Assembly (NCBI GenBank): GCA_963755715.1
Contig: CAVWLW010000012.1
Coordinates: forward strand, 1-62,260
DNA length: 62,260 nucleotides
Origin: an uncultured delta proteobacterium
Lineage (GTDB): Bacteria; Desulfobacterota; Binatia; UBA9968
Reading direction: 5' to 3'
The position numbers and the translations under genes are program-made. Of the stretch, positions 1 to 9,444 are shown in pieces. Every line of letters starts with the position of its first letter. Within the stretch, counting starts at the first letter, position 1. The notes below the pieces were generated by a model that saw nothing but the letters and a program-made list of their open reading frames with translations, was not told the origin of the DNA and made no database searches.

Positions 1-70
1 GGCCTCCTTCGCCGTGCTGGCGCTGACCGCGGGCGAGCGCTAATCCCTGCCCCGTTGATGGGAGGCGGGC

Positions 71-888
71 ATGGATATCGGCACGGAACGGTTGATCGGG
101 CGAGCAAGGACGGCGCCATCGGCTGGGTGATCTTCAACAACCCGGCCCGCCGCAACGCCATCTCGGTGGACATGTGGGAAGCGATCCCGCCGCTGATGGC
201 CGCCTTCGCCGCCGACCCGGAGGTGCGGGTGATCGTGCTGCGCGGGGCAGGGCGAGACGACATTCGTCGCCGGGGCCGACATCTCGCAGTTCGGGGACCA
301 ACGCACCGGCGCGCCGAGGCGTCGAAGCGCAGCTATGACGCCCTGACGGGGGCGGCGGCCTTCCCAGCGCCTTGAGCCATGTGGAAAAGCCGATGATCGC
401 CATGATCCAGGGCTTCTGCATCGGCGGCGGCTGCTGGCCGTGGCCTTAACCGCCGACATCCGCACGCCGCGCTGCGGAGAGCTCAGGTTCGCCATTCCCG
501 CCGCGCGGCTGGGTCTGGGCTATCACTTCAATGGGATGTGAAGGGGCTGATGGACCTGGTCGGCCCGGCCTTTGCGCGGGAGATCATGTTCACGGCCCGG
601 CGGCTGAACGGCGCCGAGGCGCTAGGTATGGGCCTGCTTAAACCGCGTCCGTTCCGTCCACCGAGGTGGAGGCTCCTGGTGCGGGAGTACGCCCTGGCAT
701 GATCGCCGAAACGCGCCGCTGACGGTGAAGGCCGCCAAGCTGGCAATGGTCGAGGGGCTGAAGGACCGCGAAAAGCGCGATATGGCCGCCGTCAACGCCG
801 CCGTCGCCGCCTGTTTCGAGAGCGAGGATTTCAAGGAGGGCCAGAAGGCTTTCCTGGAGAAGCGGCGCCGGCCTTCCAAGGGCGCTAG
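71..888 (+). CDS. Enoyl-CoA hydratase/isomerase (crotonase) family protein, several frameshifts
   Basis: Pieces GWVIFNNPARRNAISVDMW, VRVIVLRGAG, KPMIAMIQGFCIGGG, ESEDFKEGQKAFLEKR across frames; GGAGG RBS at ~61-65. Confidence 0.85.
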
Positions 889-1034
889 ACGCTCGAGCGG
901 GTCGCGGGCGGAAAACCGCTTCACACTTTTCCTCGACCCGCTCCCGGACAACACGGCCAAGCTGTCTTGCCGAACTCCCTCGCTCTGGGCGTCTGATCGC
1001 GACACAGAGCATCAGACTCGCGGGGAACCACGCC

Positions 1035-2364
1035 ATGGCCGACAAGGGCCGCCATTCCAACCTGACGCTGGCCGCCTTCGCCGCGCCCTGCCTGCCGATG
1101 GCGGCGCTGGGCCTGCCGCTGGTGGTTCAACTGCCGACCTTCGATTCCGACGTCGTCGGCATCCCGCTGGGGACGGTGGGGATGATCTTCCTGGTTATCC
1201 GCTTGCTGGACATTGGCGTCGATCCATTCCTCGGCAATCTGATGGATCGCACCCGCACGCGCCTGGGCCGTTTTCGGCCGTGGCTGCTGGCGAGCATCGC
1301 GGTGATGGGTCTGGCGACCTGGCTGTTGTTCATGCCGCCAGGCAAGGTTGGGCCGGTGTTCCTGTTCGGCTGGCTGCTGGTCGTCTACGTCGGCTTTTCG
1401 ATGTCGGTGCTGGCGCAGACCTCCTGGGCCAGCGTGCTGTCGCCGGACTACGATCAGCGCGCCCGCATCTACGGCTTCTGGACCATCGGCAATGTGCTGG
1501 GGATCGTCCTGGTGCTGCTGATCCCGGTGATCATCGCCCGAAAGGGGCGGTGGGCTGGCCGAAGGGGTTCGAGGCATGGGGTGGTTCATCCTCATCCTGC
1601 TGCCCCTGACCATCGGCCTGGCCGCCTGGCGCGTCCCCGAGCCGCTGCCGAAGGAGCCCAGCAAGCCGCAATGGAGCGCCTATATCGAGTTCATCAAGAT
1701 GGCCTCGGTGCGCCGGCTGATGTGGACGGACCTGCTGTTCGGCCTGGCGCCCGGCGTCACCGGCGCCTTGGCCCTCTACTATTTCCAGTCCGCCAAGCAC
1801 CTGAGCCTGTTCCACGCCCAGCTGCTGATCTTCCTCTATTTCGCTTCCGGTCTGGTCGGCGGGGTGCTGTGGAGCTGGCTGGCGACCAAGATCGGCAAGC
1901 ACAGGGCGCTGGCGGCGGCGGGCGTGATGTTCGCCATCGCCTATCTGGGCGTCGCCGCGGTGCCCCCGGGCGACGACAAGTTCGTGCTGGCGGCCTTGTC
2001 GATGGTCGGCGTCGGCATTCCCTTCTGCGCCGGTCAGGTGCTGCTGCGCGCCATGCTGGCCGACGTCGGTGACGAGGATCGGCTGATCTCGGGCAAGGAC
2101 CGCACCGGCCAGTTATTCGCCCTGCTGACCGCCACCAACAAGATCGGCTACGCCCTGGCGGCGGCGACCTTCCTGCCGTTGCAGTGGGCCGGATTTAACC
2201 GCGACGCCGCGGGCGTGCAGACCGAACAGGCGCTCAATGCTCTGCAACTGTTGTTCGTTGGCTTGCCGGTTGTCTTGTGGCGGCGGCGGCGGTGATCTAC
2301 TCCTTCCCCATGAACAAGGAACGCCAGACCCGAGATTCGCCGTCAGCTTGAGGCGCGTGCGTGA
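1035..2364 (+). CDS. MFS transporter (MFS_2/GPH sugar:cation symporter-like), frameshifted at ~1550 and ~2280
   Basis: ORFs 1035..2072 and 1576..2295 join; DPFLGNLMDRTRTRLGRFRPW motif, many TM segments, MLADVGDED motif. Confidence 0.85.
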
Positions 2365-2632
2365 CAGACGAGCCGCTCGACCGCCTGCTGGAGATCATGG
2401 CGCGGGCTGCGTGACCCGTGTCGCCGGCTGCCCGTGGGACAAGGAGCAGACCTTCGCCACCATCGCCCCCTACACCATTGAGGAGGCCGAACCCAAGAAG
2501 GTGGCCGACGCCATCGAGCGCGGCGACCTCGAGCGAGTTGAAGGGACGAACTGGGTGATCTGCTGCTGCAGGTGGTCTTCCATGCCCGCATGGCGGAGGA
2601 GATGGGCGCCTTCGACTTCGCCGACGTGGCCC
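2361..2632 (+). pseudogene. mazG: Nucleoside triphosphate pyrophosphohydrolase MazG, N-terminal part only (truncated at junction)
   Basis: [69 protein letters not shown]; homology stops abruptly at ~2632. Confidence 0.85.
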
Positions 2633-2777
2633 GTCCGCTTCGCCGTAGCTCACAGTGTCCTCTCTGCCGGCATGACGAGATTCGGTTTCTCCGCAGACTA
2701 TAAGCCAGCCGGCGCCCGGCCTCAAGGATGCGGTTCGCCGCTGTCGCACTGAAGACGTGCGCGATACGACCGTGCGA

Positions 2778-2885
2778 GATTTTTGGGGGGGGGCATGAGT
2801 CTGTACTTTACGAAATTCTAGACGAGGTCGGGTTGGTTATCCCCTGACTCAGTTCTTGCCGGTCAATTTCCCGTTGGCGGAAATC
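2778..2885. repeat. Direct repeat B, copy 1 (~105 bp)
   Basis: GGGCATGAGTCTGTACTTTACGAAATTCTAGACGAGGTCGGG...TTGGCGGAAATC nearly identical to 5651..5753. Confidence 0.95.
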
Positions 2886-2941
2886 CAGGCTGCCATGGCC
2901 GCCGGCCGCTATTGCATCCGCCGGGGCGACAATAAATCGAG

Positions 2942-3125
2942 TAGCGGCGAGCTCTGCTCTTAGTACACGTCGAACATGCGCTGAATCTCATCGGCATTAT
3001 TCGTCTTGGTGAGCGCCAACGAAAGCAGCAAGCGCGCCTTCCACGGCTGTAGATTATCACCGGCGACAAAGCCCCGTCGCTGCAATCCCGGACTTCTCAC
3101 GACGCGGCCCGACGCGACACGGCTG
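2942..3125 (-). pseudogene. Displaced 3' end of asparaginase gene, copy 1 (166 nt coding plus 18 nt downstream)
   Basis: Matches 9445..9610; ends ...IQRMFDVY-TAA. Confidence 0.95.
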
Positions 3126-3238
3126 TAAGAAGCTTGGGTCTAAGTTTTTCAATGACACATCTCGGCGAGAAGGCGGTGCCAAGGCGGAAGGTCGCCGTGA
3201 TTGTATCATGATCCGGGGTTGACTAAACTCGTAAGCCG

Positions 3239-3563
3239 ATGAAAACATTTGCGTGTCCTTATCTTGGCGGCGAGGTCGAGCTGTCGGACGAGCGGGAGAG
3301 CCACATCGCTGAAGCGCACCCGGAGCTATTCCCGGTGTACGTGGATCAGATCAGCGACACTTTGCGGATCTGGACCAAGTCCGGCGAAGCGGACGCTTCG
3401 CGAATGCACGGCTGTTTTCAAAATGGTATGATGATCTCGTGAAAGGAAAGCATCTGGTGTGGTCGTTGTCAGTGAGGCTCCGCCCAAGAGCAGAGATTGG
3501 GTGGTCACGGCTTATATTACCAGGCGAATTCCGGAAGGAGACGTGGAATGGAAGCGAAGCTAA
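3239..3563 (+). CDS. Putative RelE/BECR-like toxin of a DUF2283-associated type II TA pair (frameshifted)
   Basis: VELSDERESHIAEAHPEL...DQVRRS..F...LFSKWY...VVVVVS...WVVTAY; overlaps start of DUF2283 gene. Confidence 0.65.
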
Positions 3564-3786
3564 CGTTTAAATACGATCGCCAGGGCGACATTCTCTACAT
3601 CAATAAAATCACGCCCTATCCTGAACAGGAATCCGAAGAACTTGGGGACGAGGCATTGCCAGGCTCAACCCGAAAACCAGGGAGATCGAAAATCTCGAGG
3701 TATTGTTTTTCTCGACCCGGCTCCTGCGCAGCGATTTGTTTGAACTGCCGATCACGGCGGAACTGCGGCTAGCGGCGAAAAACTAA
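3548..3786 (+). CDS. DUF2283 domain protein (putative antitoxin), frameshifted
   Basis: MEAKLTFKYDRQGDILYI...ARLNPKTREIENLEVLFFS; YD...DILYI is typical of DUF2283. Confidence 0.75.
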
Positions 3787-3948
3787 ACACAAATAACAAG
3801 GCTTGCAATTACATGGTTGTTTTCCGTTCAAGTCGTTCAACCGAATGAGCGTTAGACAATGTTCGAGGTCGTGCTAGAAAAATGACAACTCTCGTCCATT
3901 GTATCCCCCGCTGCGACATCGTCGGCGGGCGGCGGCGATGATGATTGA

Positions 3949-4403
3949 TAGCGGCGAGCTCTGCTCTTAGTACATGTCGAACATCCGCTGAATCTCATCG
4001 GCATTATTCGTCTTGGTGAGCGCCAACGAAAGCAGCAACCGCGCCTTCCACGGCTGTAGATTATCACCGGCGACAAAGCCCCGTCGCTGTAATCCCGGAC
4101 TTCTCACGACGCGGCCCGACGCGACACGGCTGCACAGGTACATGGAGCATGCCTTTTTCTTTGAAGCATTTATCGAAGGCGGCGTCTTCGGCCGGCGTCG
4201 GGCGGCCGGCGCCCGTGCCGGCGCTGACGATGCCTTTAGCCCCGGCTCTCGCCGTGGTTCGAATTACCGCGCCGTCGGCGCCGACGTAGGAAAGCACCAT
4301 GTCGACGCGCGGCAGTGATTGGAGGTTGCGCACGTCGAATTCTGTCGCCATCGTGTGCTTGCGCACCGGCTGATGATAATAAACAATTTTGCCGTCGCCG
4401 TCG
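3949..4403 (-). pseudogene. Displaced 3' end of asparaginase gene, copy 2 (437 nt coding plus 18 nt downstream)
   Basis: Matches 9445..9880 with substitutions; ends ...IQRMFDMY-TAA. Confidence 0.95.
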
Positions 4404-4656
4404 CCCAACCATGTCCATCTGCTCGTTGAAAGCTCCGAACAGCCACTGGCGAAATTCATGCAAGGGCTGCAACAATCTTACAGCCATATATTTCAATCTT
4501 AGACATCGCAAGGCAGGACACGTGTTTGAAGGGCGCTACAAAGCAATCCTTTGCCAGAAAGACCAGTATCTCCTTCAGCCGATCCGTTATATTCATCTCA
4601 ACCCGGTGCGCGCCGGCATGGTAAGAAGTCCGGAGCGCTATCGGTCACAACGGTAA
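4404..4656 (+). mobile_element. Internal fragment of a REP-associated tyrosine transposase (RAYT, Y1/HUH family)
   Basis: PNHVHLL (HUH), LAKFMQGLQQSY..YFN.RH...GHVFEGRYKAIL, RYIHLNPVRAG (catalytic Tyr region); no N-terminus. Confidence 0.85.
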
Positions 4657-5093
4657 CAGCCCTTCAGCGACAACGACTTACAGGCACTAAATCTCAACCG
4701 GTGACAGATTGAATCTGTTACCGATGCTAAAACCGCTCTCGGCGGCAGCCTTTTGCACGCCTCAGCATGCCCCTCCTCTGGAGAAATCCGGAAACGCAAA
4801 CTAGTCGCGATTCTTCCTAAATTCAAATCTTTTTAGGCGCTCGTGGTGGCTATGACCAGACTTTCAATACAGCCTGTAGGTTTGATCAGGACAGATAAAG
4901 TTAAATCATTCTGGTGCGAATGGCCGTTATCGCAATTTAGCCTTACGCGAAGAATCTCGGCGCCGTACTTACATGCGAATCTATTGAAATATCGCTCGCA
5001 GTGTTTGTCCCAGAAGGACGAGAAGCAGTCTATTGCAATGTGGCACACAGAAACCAGCCTACAGGGCTAAAAAAAAAATATAACGAAAAGAAT

Positions 5094-5109
5094 TGGTATA
5101 TCTGTTGCA
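5094..5109 (+). promoter_or_regulatory. Candidate sigma-54 (-24/-12) promoter
   Basis: TGGTATATCTGTTGCA fits TGGCAC-N5-TTGCW spacing; lies upstream of 5325..5611. Confidence 0.5.
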
Positions 5110-5324
5110 TCCTGCTGAATATGTGCCGCCCGGCGAAAACGTTTTTTCGGCGGAATCAAGAAATCGGAGTACGATCGGAAACTGCCCACGAGTTCGTGAA
5201 TAGAAAGATCGTCCATACTCGGCTCCTAGGCGTTAGTTGGACCGACAGTCGCTGGAAGTTACCGCGTAAGGATGTCATTGGCTGGGGAGCCAGCAAGATC
5301 ACTAGATATAGGGAGGAGACTGTC

Positions 5325-5611
5325 ATGACCGATCAGAAAAACCGATCCTCGACTTGGAAACAGAGCGGAGCGTAGACGCTCAGTGTTTAGTGTTGGAGAT
5401 GGCAGGGAAAACCTGGCATGTTCCTTTCGACACTCTGCAGGCGATTCCGCGGGTGGGAGAGAAAATTCGTATTGCCGGTGGAAGCACCGGCAAAGTCGCC
5501 GAAGTCGAGTATGAATTCGCGGCTGAGAGGGCGCCGATCGAAGTGGCGAGGGAGATGCCCGCCGCCGCGTCATACGCGCGACCCGTCCGAATTGTAATCA
5601 GACTGTCGTGA
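5325..5611 (+). CDS. Small hypothetical protein (homopolymer frameshift near N-terminus)
   Basis: GGAGGAG RBS before ATG 5325; joins ORF 5354..5611 (IPRVGEKIRI...GKVAEVEYEF). Confidence 0.65.
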
Positions 5612-5650
5612 TGGGTACGGCCGGCTCATTTCTGGCCCGAGAGCAAGCGG

Positions 5651-5753
5651 GATTTGGGGTCGGGCATGAGTCTGTACTTTACGAAATTCTAGACGAGGTC
5701 GGGTCGGTTATCCCACTCAGTTCTTGCCGGTCAATTCCCCGTTGGCGGAAATC
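5651..5753. repeat. Direct repeat B, copy 2
   Basis: Near-identical to 2778..2885 (few substitutions, 3-nt indel). Confidence 0.95.
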
Positions 5754-5949
5754 GTGGCCTTGGTGAAGGTGGGAAACAACAAGCCGGAGAAAGCCGTGAC
5801 GATCCGCATCACGTACCCCAACTCATGCTCGTTGAAATATGACGAGTTAGATTGGCTGGCGCTTACGAGCGGGCGTACTCGCCAAATGGCGATCAGCTCA
5901 CATTTCCGTGCCTCGCACGCTTTCGTATCTCCCGCCGGGCGGTCCATAT

Positions 5950-6195
5950 TTATCCCGCTGACAGCGACTTCCAGGGCTTTTCGATGTACGGAAGGGCGTC
6001 GGAATACGAATCTGTCGCCCGGTCGAATAAAAGTTTCGCGTCGGCATCGTCGCAGAGGATCTCCACGATCGCCTGACCCGTCGGCGATTCCAGAACCAGA
6101 GAGTTTTTCAAGATCACGTATTCACGGCTCATGAGCGGGCATGCCTGCAAAAAACCGGAGTGGACTTCCACGGGCATTGCTAAAAGCGATTTCAT
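5950..6195 (-). CDS. Small hypothetical protein; resembles 56377..56679
   Basis: MKSLLAMP...SREYVILKN...VEILCDDADAKLLFDRA...ALPYIEK; start just downstream of MEDS stop. Confidence 0.6.
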   Translation of the reverse strand: MKSLLAMPVEVHSGFLQACPLMSREYVILKNSLVLESPTGQAIVEILCDDADAKLLFDRATDSYSDALPYIEKPWKSLSAG

Positions 6196-6199
6196 CCAA

Positions 6200-6790
6200 T
6201 CACCAGGCAGGCGAAGCGGGGTATAACTCCCAATACTGATCATTTCGGCAGACACGGAAGTGATGACGTTGAAAAACGTCAACGTCCCGAGGACTGCGTA
6301 GTCTCGTTACCTCGTAACTACACAGTGCAAGGACTCGGCGCTCCTTGAAAGCCTCCTGTGCGCTTCGCTCGTAGTCCATAAAGGCTTCCCAGGCTCTCGG
6401 TTCCACGAACGACGTATTTCCGGCAATCCGTAACCCCTCGTAGCCGCGCTCCAAGGCTCGCCGCTCTTCCTTGAGCCAGCGGTCGATAGTCGTATCCTGG
6501 AGCGATCCCGCTGTCACGTACCAGTCATCGAACTCGCATATGCTCAACTGTTCGCTGAAGATTTTGCGCCCTAGATCGGGAACTACGTGCGCAAGGTCCT
6601 TGCGCGCGTCCTCTGAGAAGTAGGGTTCAGACGCAATCCAAATACAACGTTCGTTGTTTTGTAGTCCCGTCGCGAAATAGGGAATTAAAACTTCGGCGAG
6701 ATCCGCAGCATTTTCATAGAGATGGCAGAAGTGGCTGCCCCAGGGAATTTTGCCAATGTTTGAGATGCCGGACTCGGTGGTAAAGCTCAT
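6200..6790 (-). CDS. Stand-alone MEDS sensory domain protein
   Basis: ESGISNIGKIPWGSHFCHLYE..DL..VLIPYF..GL..NERCIW...GYEGLRIAGN...FMDYE...LALCSY. Confidence 0.85.
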   Translation of the reverse strand: MSFTTESGISNIGKIPWGSHFCHLYENAADLAEVLIPYFATGLQNNERCIWIASEPYFSEDARKDLAHVVPDLGRKIFSEQLSICEFDDWYVTAGSLQDTTIDRWLKEERRALERGYEGLRIAGNTSFVEPRAWEAFMDYERSAQEAFKERRVLALCSYEVTRLRSPRDVDVFQRHHFRVCRNDQYWELYPASPAW

Positions 6791-7053
6791 ACTCTTTCTT
6801 ATTGGACTTGAATTGGTCTGGTCTGAGTTAGCTGACTCGATTGTACGGACTTTCCGCACTTACATCCGTAATAACGTCAACGATTAGATTTTGGATTTGC
6901 ACTCCGCAAGAAATTCCTTCGGCGCCGGGATTAGGAAGTTTTTTGGTTCTGGATAAATCCAGCGGCAGAGTTTTAGCGTTTAGTCTCTATAGGCATACGA
7001 AATGGAAAGCATCCCGGTTTCCGACCTCTTGACCGGCAGAATTGCGCCGCGGC

Positions 7054-7690
7054 ATGATCGCCGTCGTGACTGCGCCGAATACCGAAAACGCTCGGGGATA
7101 TTCTCTTTGCCGATAAGTCAAAGGTTCGCGTATCCGAGGATGAGTGGCTACAGCTCGTCCGAGCCGTCGCCAGCGGTGATCAGCGCGCACTGCATTCCCT
7201 TTACGAGCAAACGCATCGAATCGTTTTTACGTTGATCGTGCGGATAACCGCGAATCGAGAAACTGCCGAAGAAGTCACGCTCGATGTTTTCTATGACGTG
7301 TGGCGAAAAGCCTCGACCTATGATCCTGCTAACGGGTCGGTCATCGGCTGGATCATGAATCAGGCGCGCAGCAGGGCGATTGATCGCCTGCGATTCGATC
7401 AGAGAAAAAAACGAGTGAACACATATCCGGACAGCTTGCGTCCAACAACGGACATTGTGGATCCTCAACAAGCCTTTCTGTTTGAGGAGCAGAGCCGCCT
7501 GTTGCGGAATGCGCTTGAGGTCCTGACTCCAGAAGAACGAAATGCGATCGAAACCGCATTTTTCTCTGAATTGACTTATGAAGAAACGGCCAGGAAGTTG
7601 AATCAACCTGCTCGGAACCGTGAAGACGCGAATCCGCTCCGGACTGGGAAAACTCCGAGAAGCGCTAGGAAGGAAATTGAAGGGTATGAA
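7054..7690 (+). CDS. ECF sigma-70 factor (SigK-like), frameshifted
   Basis: GDQRALHSLYEQ, AEEVTLDVFYDVWRKASTYDPANGSVIGWI...ARSRAIDRLR, LTYEETA..L..P.GTVKTRIRSGLGKLR. Confidence 0.85.
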
Positions 7691-8269
7691 CTCAAAACCG
7701 GACACACACAGTCAAGAGCATCTGGATCTCGTGTTCCTGTTTGCATTGCAGGCGCTTCCTCCGCGCGAGATCGCTTCGGTTGAAGCTCAAATCTCGTCAT
7801 GCGAGGATTGCCGGCAGGAAATCGAGACGCTCCGGCCCATTGTCCGCTCGTTTGTCGGCTGGTCCACCGATGTGTTGCGCCCCGCGGAATCTCTATGGGG
7901 CCGGCTTGCGAAGCGAATCGCCAGCGAAACGGACACGCAGCCGTTCGTACCTCCGTTGGAAGCGCCGGCTTAAACCAGAGTGGGAGGAAGCGGCGCCAGG
8001 TATCCACGTCAAAATACTCGCGAGGAACACGGAAAACGACAGCGTGAGCATGTTGGTCCGGCTTGATCCGGGAACCGATTATCCCGGGCACAGGCATGCG
8101 GGCATCGAAGAACTGCATCTTCTTCACGGCATATTGAAGGTCGATGACCGAACACTCTATCCCGGCGATTTCATCCACAGCGAGGCGGGCAGCGTCGATC
8201 ATCGTGTGTGGAGTGAAACCGGCTGTACCTGCTTTCTTGATGACCTCGACGAAAGACGCCCTTTTCTGA
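7686..8269 (+). CDS. Anti-sigma factor with ChrR-like cupin domain, frameshifted
   Basis: N-terminal CEDC anti-sigma-like motif; cupin LVRLDPGTDYPGHRHAGIEELHLLHG...PGDFIHSEAGSVDHRVWSETGC. Confidence 0.8.
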
Positions 8270-8410
8270 TTTCTGGTTGTGGCTGAGGTTGCAAGCATTT
8301 CTGGTTGAGTTTATCCGACCGGGGCCGCAGGACCGGGAGCTCGAATCTCAACTTCGGGGGTCCTGCACATGGTTCCAATCCAGCTCCAATGGGAGCGTAC
8401 ACTGAAAGCG

Positions 8411-8737
8411 ATGGATGACGTAAGGGAGTTACGCATGGAATTACAAAAAATTACGGAACAATCGGAAATACCGGTTTTGGAGTCCTTAGCCATCATAGAG
8501 AAGACGAATCGACAGCTATCGGAGGCGCAATCACCGCGGGTAAGCATCAGCAACACGGCACCAGCTTCCTACGCAATGAAGACGTCTGTAAGACCCGCGT
8601 TGTTGAGTCGTGAAGAGATCAACGAGCAACTCGATCGAGTCGCAGCTGAGTTTTTACGCACTCGCAGCGAGAAGTCTCGTCGCGAGATGCTCGATTTACG
8701 CAATCGGTTGAAAAAATTCGATGAGCGAGAAATCTGA
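8411..8737 (+). CDS. Hypothetical helical protein
   Basis: Open frame 8369..8737, coiled-coil-like composition; no recognised motif. Confidence 0.4.
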   Translation: MDDVRELRMELQKITEQSEIPVLESLAIIEKTNRQLSEAQSPRVSISNTAPASYAMKTSVRPALLSREEINEQLDRVAAEFLRTRSEKSRREMLDLRNRLKKFDEREI

Positions 8738-8823
8738 TTTAGAGCAGGACATATCGCTTTACTAACCCTTTTTGCCGCACTCCTCTCGCCAATAGTCACT
8801 TTATTTGGCGCGTTTGATTCTCC

Positions 8824-9096
8824 TCACTTGGGGGCGATCATGCGCTTGGTGAAGGCGCTGGCTTCCTTTGCCGAAGTATTGCACCGGCGCATTCGATCGC
8901 TTCGTTTCTGGTGTGTCCACGCCCATCAACCGCAAACGTACGCCACTGCCGAGAGAAACGTGTCGCCGACAATTACGCGACGGACGTACTGAACGTCGGT
9001 TGCAGCGACACCGGGGTCGGACGGGTCGAAGAACGCAACGAACAGCGCGACGAAGGCAACCCGGGCCAATGACCACGTCCAAGTGCGGCGGACCAT
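8824..9096 (-). pseudogene. Thermonuclease (SNase-like) gene remnant, N-terminal third
   Basis: Signal-like N-terminus, VRRVI.GDT, RLMGVDTPETK...VQYFGKEASAFTK then stop. Confidence 0.7.
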
Positions 9097-9444
9097 GACG
9101 CATTCTCCGACTCGGGTATGCTGTCCGTCAACCGCGTCCGCATGGAGCGCGATTGTAAGGGGCGACAAGATTTCCCACGCCGCGCCTAAAAAAGGAACTG
9201 TTATAAGTGTCTTGTGAGAGAATAAGCGAGTCGCGGGACAGGGTTTCACGCAGCGGCACAAAAAAAAGATGGCAAGACCCCTGCAGGCAGATCAACGAGC
9301 CCCACCCTTTAGGCAAAGCCTGCTCGATTGGTAACCAAAGTGGTCTATTCCAATGTCGTTCGCGGCAGAGTTGTTTTAAAACTGTCCGTCAACCAATCCG
9401 CAAACTATGGGTAAAGTTATAGAACAAGCCGAAGTATCTTGCTT

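Noticed and set aside
4657-5090. Short ORFs in the AT-richer stretch after the RAYT fragment
   Set aside because: No motifs, no RBS, and mutually overlapping frames; cannot support a gene call.
7620-7973. Apparent sigma/anti-sigma translational fusion
   Set aside because: The junction has an ATGA overlap pattern and the region has several indels, so one missing base explains the read-through. It cannot be supported without polishing.
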